Positions 21,843 to 35,724 of a stretch of DNA of 47,623 nucleotides are shown one piece after another. Each line of letters begins with the position of its first letter. The first letter of the stretch is position 1. Below the pieces are notes generated by a model that ran no database searches, had not been told where the DNA came from, and worked only from the letters and a program-made list of their open reading frames with translations. The position numbers and the translations under genes were made by a program. Source of the DNA: a phage; the sequence record PZ445468.1. One strand, written 5' to 3'.

Positions 21843-21930
21843 TGGCGGATAGTACAGGATTCGAACCTGTGAACCGTTTCCGGTTTATCGGTTAGCAACC
21901 GACTGCTTTCGGCCTCTCAGCCAACTATCC
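21843..21930 (-). tRNA. tRNA-Ser (anticodon GCT), type II
   Basis: 88 nt: acceptor GGATAGT/ACTATCC, long variable arm, T-arm ACAGG-TTCGAAT-CCTGT, anticodon loop TTGCTAA, CCA end. Confidence 0.75.
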
Positions 21931-21970
21931 GTTTATTTAGTGCTGGTTTAAGCATTGCCAGCGTGCTTTC

Positions 21971-22034
21971 TTAATATCCAGCCCCGTAGCCCATACATAC
22001 CCATACATATGATTGCGATAATGCTGGATATTAA
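21971..22034. repeat. perfect 12-bp inverted repeat enclosing tandem CCCATACATA
   Basis: TTAATATCCAGC at 21971-21982 and GCTGGATATTAA at 22023-22034. Confidence 0.6.
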
Positions 22035-22791
22035 GTGTTGTGGCTCTGGTGCCTCCAGATTGCTGGTCGGTAAATCCAGCAGGCAATCACAAAACCGAAG
22101 TAGTGTTTCTTTACCTTGCCGCGTGCGCATAGCCGCATTACCACAACGGAAAGAGCACTGGTGGGACGCCTTCCTACATCATTGCGGTTCGGATTCCCCA
22201 CATAGCGCGTCACGGTCGTCGGCGAATTTTCCGTGGTCAATGCTCTTTCCTGTTGTGTGTTGTGGAGTGACGCACCATCTCACTATTAAATGTTAACCCA
22301 TTCCCAGCCCCACAACATGCGCTACGGTTAAGATTATTGCGTATATTGTATGGTCTTGCTGGTCACAACTGAAAGGGCACTTAACAGAAGATAGGTCTGA
22401 TTGCCTCGGATGATTTCTCAGTAGCCTAAATGCCCTTACATGTTGTGTGCCACGTTTCGTGTGGCTTACGGCAACGACATTACCGGATTATTCGATGCAC
22501 CTATGCGGGATTTACTAAGGCAACATGCCCGTTGTTACCCACTAAAGAGAGCACTATCTTCAAACAGACTTTGCGCGCAAGAACGACGATCAATCACAAT
22601 TCTCTCATTGGTAGGTGCCCATTATTAATCACACCGGGCCAGTGCGCCGAATTTGTTTACAAGGAATCGGAAGACCTTGCTGACTTACAGGCTATTACGC
22701 CGCCATCAGAACAACATCATCGTTTGCATTTATCTTTGTGGTCAGTTTCTAAAAAGTCCGCAAAGTCGCTCACGAAAACTATCTGAAATAC

Positions 22792-22835
22792 AATCTACAC
22801 CACAAAATAATCGCTGTCAACACCTGTGATATAAT
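22792..22835 (+). promoter_or_regulatory. extended -10 promoter TGTGATATAAT with upstream AATCTACACC
   Basis: TGnTATAAT 37 nt upstream of major tail ATG. Confidence 0.5.
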
Positions 22836-22871
22836 CACCACGTTAGCAGCTAACACAATTCGGAGATCGAA

Positions 22872-23588
22872 ATGGCTATTTATGCAAATGATAAGGGCGT
22901 TCTGGTTGGTCGTATGACCCGACTGTTCCTTGCTGAAGGGTGCGGTGACGCAGTTCCGGATGCAGAAGACTGGAAGTATTTAGGCTCAACCACCAGTAAA
23001 GGCGTTGACTACTCTCCGCAGACCACCACATCAGAAGCGGATACTACTGGCGGTTTTGTTTCCACTCTCGTTACCAGTTCTGATATGACCATCAGCGCAG
23101 AGGTGGAAATCCGCAAGAATGACCCGAGCGATGAGTTTGGCTTCCATCGTCTGGTTGAGATTTACGCCACTGAACTGAAGGCGCGTCGCCAGCCTTCCTT
23201 GTGGGTGCGTCAGGTGACTGGTGCAACTATCGTTACAGCGTACTGCAACATTACCAGCATCAGTTACGAAGGTGGCACGAACGACATCGTTACTGGCAGC
23301 CTTGAGTTCAAGGTTTACGATTCTGACAGTGTTACCGTCGAAAGCCTTGAAACTCTGGCATTCACTACCGACCTGCAATCAACAGGCAGCACTGGAAGCC
23401 CGTTAACTGTCGCTGTTGAAGGTGGCGTTGCTCCTTACACCTACGTGTGGCGCAAGGATGGCGTAGTTGTTGGTGGTGAGTCTGGCGCAACACTGGCAAG
23501 CCCAACCGCTGGTGTGTATACCGTTACGGTAACTGACTCGTCTACTGACCCGGAAATTATTATCAGCACGGCTTGCACCGTGTCCTGA
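22872..23588 (+). CDS. major tail protein
   Basis: 238-aa Thr/Ser/Val-rich ORF with Ig-like C-terminus, upstream of chaperone and tape measure. Confidence 0.7.
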   Translation: MAIYANDKGVLVGRMTRLFLAEGCGDAVPDAEDWKYLGSTTSKGVDYSPQTTTSEADTTGGFVSTLVTSSDMTISAEVEIRKNDPSDEFGFHRLVEIYATELKARRQPSLWVRQVTGATIVTAYCNITSISYEGGTNDIVTGSLEFKVYDSDSVTVESLETLAFTTDLQSTGSTGSPLTVAVEGGVAPYTYVWRKDGVVVGGESGATLASPTAGVYTVTVTDSSTDPEIIISTACTVS

Positions 23589-23594
23589 TAAAGA

Positions 23595-23619
23595 AAAAGC
23601 CCCGAAAGGGGCTTGTTTT
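23595..23619. terminator. bidirectional rho-independent terminator
   Basis: AAAAAGCCCCGAAAGGGGCTTGTTTT. Confidence 0.7.
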
Positions 23620-23827
23620 ATTCTTGCGGCGGCTCTGGTAGTGTCATCCAGTGAGATGGTTTCCACGAAGCGCCTGGAATTAGCCACCCGTCATCAGCAT
23701 TAGGATGCCCAGGGATATAAGTAGCCCACTTCATCCGCCAGTCGCCTCGATGACCGAACTCTGTAGCTACAAGAACTCCTGTCATTTTTGGTGGCATCCG
23801 CTCGCTACACTTAATCCACTGGCTCAT
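23618..23827 (-). CDS. DUF551-like protein
   Basis: WIKCSERMPP ... WMTLPEPP pattern. Confidence 0.45.
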   Translation of the reverse strand: MSQWIKCSERMPPKMTGVLVATEFGHRGDWRMKWATYIPGHPNADDGWLIPGASWKPSHWMTLPEPPQE

Positions 23828-24156
23828 AATTTATCCTCATTCATTTCCAGAAAGACAATCATGGCAGCGCGGAGTGGGTTTGTATCGAATGTTGTCTCTC
23901 CATCTTGACCATCTGCAAACCATATATCTCGATGGGTGCTTGGGGTTACCGATATAAAATTATTGGTAATAATCGGCCATGCATCAGCCGGGTTGTTGCA
24001 TGGGTCAAACTTTCGCTTAATATTTTTGTCATCAAAAAAGAAGAATCCATCGGGACATATGTGAGCCAACCCACCATTGGGGCAAAGGTTACTACTAACA
24101 AAAAAGAAAACCTTTTGCGCTATTTCCATGTCACTCATGTCTTCATAATTTTTCAT
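23824..24156 (-). CDS. hypothetical protein (110 aa)
   Basis: ORF. Confidence 0.45.
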   Translation of the reverse strand: MKNYEDMSDMEIAQKVFFFVSSNLCPNGGLAHICPDGFFFFDDKNIKRKFDPCNNPADAWPIITNNFISVTPSTHRDIWFADGQDGETTFDTNPLRAAMIVFLEMNEDKL

Positions 24157-24296
24157 ATCACCTTATCCTCATCAAAAATCACACCAATCACACGAAGCAA
24201 ATCTTTCGCCATGCGTTCGGCTTCTTCATAGTCGTAACCTGCATCGACATACAGATCAGTGTAGAAAATCAGGTCTGCTTTTGTTTGCTCGTTCAT
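24153..24296 (-). CDS. hypothetical protein (47 aa)
   Basis: short ORF read by eye, ATGA overlaps on both sides. Confidence 0.3.
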   Translation of the reverse strand: MNEQTKADLIFYTDLYVDAGYDYEEAERMAKDLLRVIGVIFDEDKVI

Positions 24297-24487
24297 TTCT
24301 TGTCGCCACTGTTAACTAATGCCCAAACAAGTGCTGCAACCCACCCAATAAAGCTCCATCCGACAAGAATATTCAATACACAGATTGCGGTCGTATTTGT
24401 GTGCTTTCTTTGCAATGCAACAAATGACGGGAGAAGATAAGCGAATATCACCAAACCAACAAAAACCAACAAAATAACAACGTCCAT
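24293..24487 (-). CDS. superinfection-immunity-like membrane protein
   Basis: LPSFVALQRKH ... GWSFIGWVAALVWAL resembles Imm_superinfect family. Confidence 0.5.
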   Translation of the reverse strand: MDVVILLVFVGLVIFAYLLPSFVALQRKHTNTTAICVLNILVGWSFIGWVAALVWALVNSGDKK

Positions 24488-24519
24488 AGTTAACCTCAAC
24501 TGTTAATAACTTGTTTATA

Positions 24520-24813
24520 TTACATGCCATTCTTTTCGCACAAAGCAACAGATACATCACGCAATTGCTCTTTGGTCATATCCTTGCGTGCATAAACCAT
24601 TTCTACGATAGCAAGGCCGATTATTTCTGCTGATTCGTTGTTTTTTGTGGAACCCTTAACTACCACCTCGGCAAGATTCTTGCTGATACCGTTATCGCGA
24701 GCATCGGCAGTGTTCATGGCGATTTCTCCTATGTTTTTGCAAACCTCAGAGGTTGCTACAGCAGAAAAAGAAGAAACCAGCAAAGCAGATGCGATCAACA
24801 TTTTAATTTTCAT
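24520..24813 (-). CDS. secreted/periplasmic protein
   Basis: N-terminal signal peptide MKIKMLIASALLVSSFSAVA. Confidence 0.45.
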   Translation of the reverse strand: MKIKMLIASALLVSSFSAVATSEVCKNIGEIAMNTADARDNGISKNLAEVVVKGSTKNNESAEIIGLAIVEMVYARKDMTKEQLRDVSVALCEKNGM

Positions 24814-24848
24814 AACTCACCTCATTCATATCTCGTTTCGATGACTTG

Positions 24849-24897
24849 AATCTACATCACCGCCTGGCAGGTGTCAACACCACTGAGATGATATAAT
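24849..24897. promoter_or_regulatory. divergent promoters
   Basis: leftward TTGACA-17-TAGATT; rightward extended -10 TGATATAAT before tail chaperone. Confidence 0.55.
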
Positions 24898-24926
24898 CAA
24901 CATCAGTCAAATTCAGGATGTAAAAC

Positions 24927-25634
24927 ATGAGCAATCGCACGCCACTAACAGAAATCGGAGAGATGCGCATCTCGCTTTCCGACAGGAGTTTTTTCTTCAA
25001 GCCGTCATTCCGCGCCATGAATGAAATCGGCACACCAAAAGAAATCGTCGAGGTGTACGCAAGACTCAATGGCATTGATTATGTTGCGCCATTGCAGCAC
25101 GTCGAATACCTGCCATTTGGCGCTCAGATGCAGGTCATGAAGACCATCAGCAAGCCTGTGTATGGTCGGCACGTGCTGAGTGCTGCCTATATCGTCATGC
25201 AGTCATGCTGTGAAGATGATATTTCCGTACTGATTGGTGGATGGAAACCAACACCACGCGGTGTGCGATATGTTCCCGGCATCATGCCAGTGAGCGACAT
25301 TATTATTATTGCGCGTAACCTGATGCAGCACGGTATCATCGGCAAGTCACCACTCAAAGTACCTGAACGACTGGAAGAGCAGGGCAAGAAAACCACAAAC
25401 GAATTTCATGCGTCGCAATACATCATCTCAGCACGCACGCATTTCGACATGACGCGTGATGAGGCTGAAAACCTGTCAATGACAGAGTTTCAGATGATGA
25501 TTAAAAATAAATACCCAGAGCCGAAAGGATTAACGAAAGAAGAGCGCGAGGCAGAGTACGATCAGGCTAAAGCAGACCGTGAGCGCATGAAGGCACTGGC
25601 TGAACGCAAAGCGAAAAAAGCGAGGAATACATAA
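24927..25634 (+). CDS. tail assembly chaperone
   Basis: ORF immediately upstream of tape measure gene. Confidence 0.5.
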   Translation: MSNRTPLTEIGEMRISLSDRSFFFKPSFRAMNEIGTPKEIVEVYARLNGIDYVAPLQHVEYLPFGAQMQVMKTISKPVYGRHVLSAAYIVMQSCCEDDISVLIGGWKPTPRGVRYVPGIMPVSDIIIIARNLMQHGIIGKSPLKVPERLEEQGKKTTNEFHASQYIISARTHFDMTRDEAENLSMTEFQMMIKNKYPEPKGLTKEEREAEYDQAKADRERMKALAERKAKKARNT

Positions 25635-28119
25635 TGGCTGAAGAAGTCGGCGGAATTGTTTATGAAGTCGGGATGGATGTATCCGGGCTGACTACTGGCG
25701 GGCAAAAGGTAAACAAGGTTCTTCAGGAGATTGAGAAGTCAATTGATGAGTCAATTGCCGGGATAAATAAACTTGATACCGGATTAAAAAACACCGCATC
25801 GACAGCTGAGAAATCTGGCAGGAGTTTCTCCAGTTTAAATAACGCCATGAGACAGGGCGGCTACCAGATTCAGGACTTTGTAGTTCAGGTGCAGAGCGGA
25901 CAATCGGCACTCGTTGCTTTAAGTCAACAAGGTAGTCAGTTATTAAGCGTCTTTGGTTCTGGAGGCGCAGTTGCCGGTGCATTGCTAACCATCGGTACGG
26001 TAATCGTTGGCTCATTAATTGCTGGCATGGATAACGCAGCCGTTTCCACAAAGGCGCTCACCGCAGCACAGCAGCGACTTGCTGACATATTCCAGCTTTC
26101 CGCTAATGGAGTTGTAGTTCTCTCTGACAAATTCGCAACACTGGCTAAACAGTCAGAAAACGCCGCCAGAGCACAGTTAACAATGGCTCTGATTGATGCA
26201 AACAATATCATCAAGGCTTCAGTGCAGGGCGTTAATGAGCTTGGCGACGCACTTGGCTCATGGAAAGCGCCACTATCAGCAGCCATCAGTCAGCTTGACA
26301 CACTGAAAGCAAGAGGCATTGATGTAAACACAGCACTCAAGAATCTTGGTGGGACATATGATGGTAATATTCTAGGACTAAACCAGCTTAATCAGGTGGT
26401 AAAAAGCCTGGCAGATGAGTTTGGTATAAGCGCAGAGGACGCTTTGAAGCTGGTTGAAGCTCTGGCGGCGGTGAGAAAAAACGCCAATCCTGAAACAATA
26501 GCGGAACTGCGTGACCTGACTGTTGACCTTAGTCAGAAATATGGATATGCAAACAAGTCGCTATCTGAACTGACTGGCAAGGTTGGCGAATATTCCATTT
26601 CAGCAGATCAGGCAGCAGAATCTACAAAAATGGCTACCGACATGCTTAACGGTCACAAGGTAGCTTCAGAAGAGGATGCGAGAGCAACTGAAGAAAATAC
26701 GAAAAGGCTTCAGGCTTACATCCAGTCGATCAAGGAAGAAGGTGAAACCATCGCCTTTACCGCCAGACAAAAGGCTCTGTACAGAGCTGAGCAGCTTGGA
26801 GCAAGCGATGCAGATAAGCAAACAATAAACTCGTCGTTCGACAAGATAGAGGCTTACAAAGCTGAACTTGCCGCAAAGAAAGAGCAGGAAAGGCAAGATA
26901 AAAAACGCATAACTGCATCAACAAAACAGGCCAATCTTGAAGAGTCGGTAGCGCAGAAGCTGGAGAAATTACGCCAGCAAACCATGCTCAATGCCACATC
27001 TACCAGCGAACTATCCCGCGAACAGGCAATCCTCAACGCGCAGCAATCGCTTGGCAAGGCCGCCACTCATGAGCAAATTAAACTTGCTGGCGAGTACGCG
27101 GCGAAGATTTGGGACCAGAAGAATGCATTGAAGGAACAGGCGGAAGCGGAGAAAGAAAAGCAGCGGGTAGAAAAATCATATCAGGGATTACGTGCCATTG
27201 CGTCACCAACGACTGGCATTGACAGCGAATACCAGCAACGCATGGCTGACCTTGATGCTTATGCTGCTGCGTACCCACAGAAAATTACAGAGATTGAACA
27301 GACTCGCGCGTCCATTGAAGCACAATACCGCCAGCAGAGAATGGATGCTATGTGGGCTGAATGGCAGCAACAAAGCCTCGGAGCGCAACTGTTTGGCACC
27401 GCGCTGGATTCTGCAATGAGCACGGCATCAAACAGCATCACCGGATTGCTGACAGGTACAATGAGCGTTCAGGATGCCATGCGCAGTCTCGGCTCTACAG
27501 TGCTTAACTCGCTGGTAAATAGCTTCGTCGAGATGGGCGTGCAGTGGGTGAAATCTGCGGTTATGGGGCAAACAGCACAGGTTGCGGCAACAGCCACCAC
27601 CACAGCGGCGCAAACGGCAGGTCTGGCAACCACAACAGCAGCGTCGACGGCGGCGGCAGCCACCACTACGGCGGCATGGACTCCTGCGGCAATCGTAGCA
27701 TCAATCGGTTCATTCGGCGGTGCTGCTGCAATTGGTGTAGGTGCTGTTCTCGGGGCACTGGCAATGGGTATCGCTGGCAAGCGAAAAAATGGTGGTCCAG
27801 TTAGTGCCGGAAGTATGTACGAAGTGGGCGAAAATGGCTTGCCTGAAATATTCCAGGCGTCCAACGGTCGCCAGTATATGATTCCCGGCAACGATGGCTC
27901 AGTTATCAGCAACAAAGACCTTACAGGCGGCAGCAGTGGCTTGATTATAAATAATAATGTTTATAATAGTTCAAGCGGAGCAACAGCAACTACCAGCGCC
28001 AGGGATAATGGTGACGGCAGCGTGACGATTGAGACGATTGTTAGTGATATAGAAAACAACGGCCCCATAGGTGCCAGCATTAGCCGCAACTACTCAGTAA
28101 ACCGGAGAGCAACCGAATA

Positions 28120-28120
<1 letters not shown>
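25634..28120 (+). CDS. tail tape measure protein
   Basis: 828-aa ORF, extended helical/coiled-coil regions and Ala/Thr/Gly-rich stretch. Confidence 0.8.
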
Positions 28121-31921
<3,801 letters not shown>

Positions 31922-31960
31922 TACAATATACATCAAATTCACAAAGGAGCATTTATTATA

Positions 31961-34117
31961 ATGGCTACCACACCAACCAATAAACCAATTCCGTCAGAAT
32001 ACCCTCGCGACCTGAAATTTAATGCCGGGAAGATTGACGAGGTAGTGACATCTGATGCGCATTACTACACCGATCGCTTCGGCGTGCGCCGCTGGACAAT
32101 TGCTGGCTTCCAGCACACCGCAGAAGAAGCCATCCGTAACTATGGCTACATCACTATTGACAGCTTCGAAGATGGTGCAACACTGACGCTACCAAATCAG
32201 GTTTTGCGTTATGAGGCTACTGGAGAATATTACCGCTGGGATGGAGATTTCCCAAAAATAGTTCCGGCTGGTTCAACTCCAGATAGCACAGGCGAGGTTA
32301 AATTAGGAGCGTGGGTTAGTGTTGGTGATGCTTCATTGAGAAGTGATTTGGCCCTAACCACAGGCGCAGGTCTAGTTGGTACAACATCCGGCAGGACCGT
32401 ACAGGCAGAGTTTGATTACCGCAAAACTCAAGCGGAAAAAACAGAGATAAACATACTTGACTACCTTCCGGATAACGTGATCGCGGCGCTAAACGATGTT
32501 AATGCATCAATGGCTCTAGGAAGCGTAAGGACATACATCGAACAGGCTTTGGCGGCAGCAACGAGCGAGAATATCGGTACTGGGGTTACTTTACGTTTCC
32601 CGGCTGGGTTCTTTTGGCTTGATTCTACTCTTAACCTTCCTAAAAGGACGCGTATTGTTGGGGTCTACCCAGAAACATACTTTATGGCGCTCCCCAACTT
32701 TACCGGCACTAACGTAATTGCTGGCTCCACGGGACCAGCTATAGTCGCTATTGATAACTCAGGACAAGACCCGTTTTATATTGAAGGTTTCCAGATAAAC
32801 GCAGATGGCTCACAACCGAATGTGGTTGGACTGCACATTGGCGGATGCCGTAATTCCGTCGTCCGCCGAATATCTGTATCGGGGACCTTCGATGCTGCTG
32901 TTGTTATCCACCCTAAAAACGCAACATCTGGAGACGTGGAGAACCTGGAATTAAGCCACGTATGGACATTAGGTGGTGGGCTTGTGCTCAGGACTAATAC
33001 AGATATCGACCGTGGAAATTTAACAGGTCTGTCATTCCGGGATTGTATGTTTTTCAGCACAATCGACAACAACCCTTCATGGGCGACGTCCGGTAACCCA
33101 TCCATCAGATTCTCATGTCATACTGACAGACAGATTTTTTCATGTACATTCGACCGCGTTGGTTGGGGTAGTCGTGCGACATACGCTATTTACTCAGAAA
33201 GTCTTGCAGGAAATAGCGAGGCAGATGTAAAAGGTTTCCGTGATATCCATTTCTCTGATTTCGCCGGAGAATCCCACAACGCTGACGGCTCGCTAACATC
33301 AGACTGTACGTATGCCCTACTTACGAAGATGCGGAATAGCACATTTACTAACATCCAACGCTCTGGCGCCGTGACCCGTGGGGGTATCATTATGGATGGG
33401 TGCGAATATGTGACCTTCAACTCAGTGTCTTTTGCAGATCCCAATATTAGCACTGGAACAACTGCCCCACGGTGCGTATATCAAAACTCTACTAATAGAT
33501 TTAACCGTTTTATCAATTGTGACTTAACAGATGCTACTGGTAGTATGTTTGATTTAGATGGTTGGACCATAGCTAACAGTGTGATGTACTACTTTCAGGG
33601 CCTGTTCTGGGATGACAGTGGGACTAGTATCTGGGAATGTGAACAAATGTCTAGCACTCCTGGCGTTATGTTCGCAAGAAGTACATTAAACCAAAATAAC
33701 GGGTCGGCCTTCCCTCAACAGTCTGGGGTTACAATGCTAACTTCAGGCGACAACCTTCAAGTTACTTTTGCAAGAGACACCACTACTAAAACCTTTACAA
33801 TACCTATTACTACATCTTCTGGTGTATTTAATAACCATGACAGGGTGTATGTGGCATTTAGACATCAGTTCCTTAGCTATGGAACCAATACTGTAGTGAA
33901 AATAGGGATTGGAGGTAAGTATGTTACAATCAGTCCTCAATCGGGAATTGATTATTTTGCGGTGGTTAGTAGAGCACGTTCTTTGGCAACATCATTTGAT
34001 ATCCAAGTCACTTATAGTGGCGCTTCGGGAGATTGCATTATTCTTATTAGAGATTTAATTGTATCAAATAAAATGCCGTGGCTCCCTAACTTCACCAAAG
34101 TCTTACTTTGCGATTAA
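31961..34117 (+). CDS. tailspike / receptor-binding protein
   Basis: 718-aa ORF with beta-helix-like repeats; C-terminal part low GC. Confidence 0.65.
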   Translation: MATTPTNKPIPSEYPRDLKFNAGKIDEVVTSDAHYYTDRFGVRRWTIAGFQHTAEEAIRNYGYITIDSFEDGATLTLPNQVLRYEATGEYYRWDGDFPKIVPAGSTPDSTGEVKLGAWVSVGDASLRSDLALTTGAGLVGTTSGRTVQAEFDYRKTQAEKTEINILDYLPDNVIAALNDVNASMALGSVRTYIEQALAAATSENIGTGVTLRFPAGFFWLDSTLNLPKRTRIVGVYPETYFMALPNFTGTNVIAGSTGPAIVAIDNSGQDPFYIEGFQINADGSQPNVVGLHIGGCRNSVVRRISVSGTFDAAVVIHPKNATSGDVENLELSHVWTLGGGLVLRTNTDIDRGNLTGLSFRDCMFFSTIDNNPSWATSGNPSIRFSCHTDRQIFSCTFDRVGWGSRATYAIYSESLAGNSEADVKGFRDIHFSDFAGESHNADGSLTSDCTYALLTKMRNSTFTNIQRSGAVTRGGIIMDGCEYVTFNSVSFADPNISTGTTAPRCVYQNSTNRFNRFINCDLTDATGSMFDLDGWTIANSVMYYFQGLFWDDSGTSIWECEQMSSTPGVMFARSTLNQNNGSAFPQQSGVTMLTSGDNLQVTFARDTTTKTFTIPITTSSGVFNNHDRVYVAFRHQFLSYGTNTVVKIGIGGKYVTISPQSGIDYFAVVSRARSLATSFDIQVTYSGASGDCIILIRDLIVSNKMPWLPNFTKVLLCD

Positions 34118-34121
34118 AACT

Positions 34122-34147
34122 AAGGCCCCGAAAGGGGCCTTTTCTCT
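34122..34147. terminator. bidirectional rho-independent terminator
   Basis: AAGGCCCCGAAAGGGGCCTTTT between convergent genes. Confidence 0.7.
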
Positions 34148-34162
34148 ATGCTTCTGATATTT

Positions 34163-34666
34163 TCAAAACGGAATGTCGTCGTCGAAGTCCATCGGAGGCT
34201 CATTACCTCCTTGTTGGCTTTGTTGTTTTGGTTGCTGCTGCTGTTGCGGATTTGTTCCCCATCCACCTTGAGGTTGTTGTCCTGATTGCTGGCGTGGTTG
34301 CTGACCAGAATCATCGCGTTTACCACCAAGCATCTGCATAACGCCGCCCATCTGTGGAATGACAATCTCAGTTGTGTATCGGTCCACGCCGTTACTGTCA
34401 GTCCATTTTCGAGTGCGCAGCTGGCCTTCTATGTAAACTTGCGATCCTTTGCGAAGATATTCTGCTGCAACTTCCGCAAGTTTCCCGAATATGACAACAC
34501 GATGCCATTCAGTTTGCTCTTTCTTTTCTCCTGTTTGTTTGTCTTTCCACTGCTCAGATGTTGCAACGGAAAGGTTGGCAATTGCAGAGCCTGATGCTGA
34601 ATATTTAACTTCAGGGTCATTACCGAGAGTGCCGACAATAATTACTTTGTTTACGCCTCGTGCCAT
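34163..34666 (-). CDS. ssb: single-stranded DNA-binding protein
   Basis: OB-fold N-terminus, Gln/Gly-rich linker, acidic C-terminal tail DFDDDIPF. Confidence 0.9.
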   Translation of the reverse strand: MARGVNKVIIVGTLGNDPEVKYSASGSAIANLSVATSEQWKDKQTGEKKEQTEWHRVVIFGKLAEVAAEYLRKGSQVYIEGQLRTRKWTDSNGVDRYTTEIVIPQMGGVMQMLGGKRDDSGQQPRQQSGQQPQGGWGTNPQQQQQPKQQSQQGGNEPPMDFDDDIPF

Positions 34667-34669
34667 TTA

Positions 34670-35716
34670 TTAAAATCCTTCAATTGGGGTTGGTTTATGT
34701 TCGGTTTTTTCTTCCTGTGGTTCTGGCTGTTGGGGTTGCGGTTTAGCCAGTTTTGCAGGGTTGAAGTTATCTTGCGGTGTGATTACCACAGGAGATAATT
34801 GCTCATCATTGATGAAAGACTCAATGCGATCATATTCAGTAGCAGAAGCAGCGAGAGAAGGCCAGATTGCACGAATCTTATCTTTCAGGTTATCAGGTAT
34901 TGATTTTGCCTCTTCCTTCAGGCCTTCCATGCCTTTTGCGGCAGAGAGCTGAAGTCGTGAGCGCCATGACTCAAACTCTTCGTCAACTTTAACTCCAGAG
35001 TCCACCCATTTGATGAGTCCGCGACCATGTGCCTCGCCAATGTATCCATGTCGAACGCTTTCACGACCAGACTCAAAGAAGATTGGGCGTAGTTCTTCTG
35101 GTAATTTGGTGAACTCCTGAATTTTTCCTCCATCGTGCATCATCATGCTCACAGTCATTTCGAACATGAAGTCTTTCTCGCACACTGGCTGTAACCCAAG
35201 TGATACAGGCTCCTTCGGGTTTGCGAAATCAGTTTTCTGGCGAGCACGAAGACATACAATGATATGCATATTGCTTTGCAGCATGGCATTCATAAACTTC
35301 TTGTGTTCAGCTTTGGCGCGCTTCCAGTCAGCCATCTTTTTGCCGTTAAGCAACGGCTTTTCAGCAATCTCCGTGCAACTCCCTTCCCCTTCCCATTCGT
35401 GCGAGCCTGAATCAATAACAAGAACCTTAACGCCAGCAGCCTGAAACTCTTCAATGGCCTGACGGTAACGAGCAGGACTGAATGGAGCATACATATCAGC
35501 ATGCAGGAATTTACCATCAAGGATGTTTGAGTACAGGCGACCGCGACCGTTTTCAGTATCAAGGAATCCGATTTCTTCTGGTGAGTCAACCATCCCGCGA
35601 GCAAGCTTAAGTGCGCTATATGTTTTCCCGCTACCAGACTGGCCTGAAATACCGATTACCACACGAGAACCGGAACGCTCTGCTGGTTTTATATTGAGAA
35701 TACCCATTTGCATCAC
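34670..35716 (-). CDS. P-loop ATPase (RecA-like recombination ATPase)
   Basis: Walker A GQSGSGKT. Confidence 0.55.
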   Translation of the reverse strand: MMQMGILNIKPAERSGSRVVIGISGQSGSGKTYSALKLARGMVDSPEEIGFLDTENGRGRLYSNILDGKFLHADMYAPFSPARYRQAIEEFQAAGVKVLVIDSGSHEWEGEGSCTEIAEKPLLNGKKMADWKRAKAEHKKFMNAMLQSNMHIIVCLRARQKTDFANPKEPVSLGLQPVCEKDFMFEMTVSMMMHDGGKIQEFTKLPEELRPIFFESGRESVRHGYIGEAHGRGLIKWVDSGVKVDEEFESWRSRLQLSAAKGMEGLKEEAKSIPDNLKDKIRAIWPSLAASATEYDRIESFINDEQLSPVVITPQDNFNPAKLAKPQPQQPEPQEEKTEHKPTPIEGF

Positions 35717-35724
35717 CTCACTAA

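Noticed and set aside
22184-22200. GGTTCGGATTCC as the T-arm of a third plus-strand tRNA
   Set aside because: Flanking sequence does not give a complementary T-stem or acceptor stem.
21948-22786. Track ORFs 21955..22296, 22031..22240 and 22430..22786 as protein genes
   Set aside because: Cys/Arg/Ser/His-rich products without RBSs in a region dense in inverted repeats; treated as non-coding.
24927-25634. Programmed -1 frameshift in the tail assembly chaperone (lambda G/GT-like)
   Set aside because: A single ORF abuts the tape measure start with no overlapping second frame that I could identify; cannot be confirmed without a frameshift-site search.
27078-27915. Several minus- and plus-frame ORFs inside the tape measure gene
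   Set aside because: Products are Cys/Ala/Arg-rich translations of the low-complexity GC-rich repeat region of the tape measure gene.
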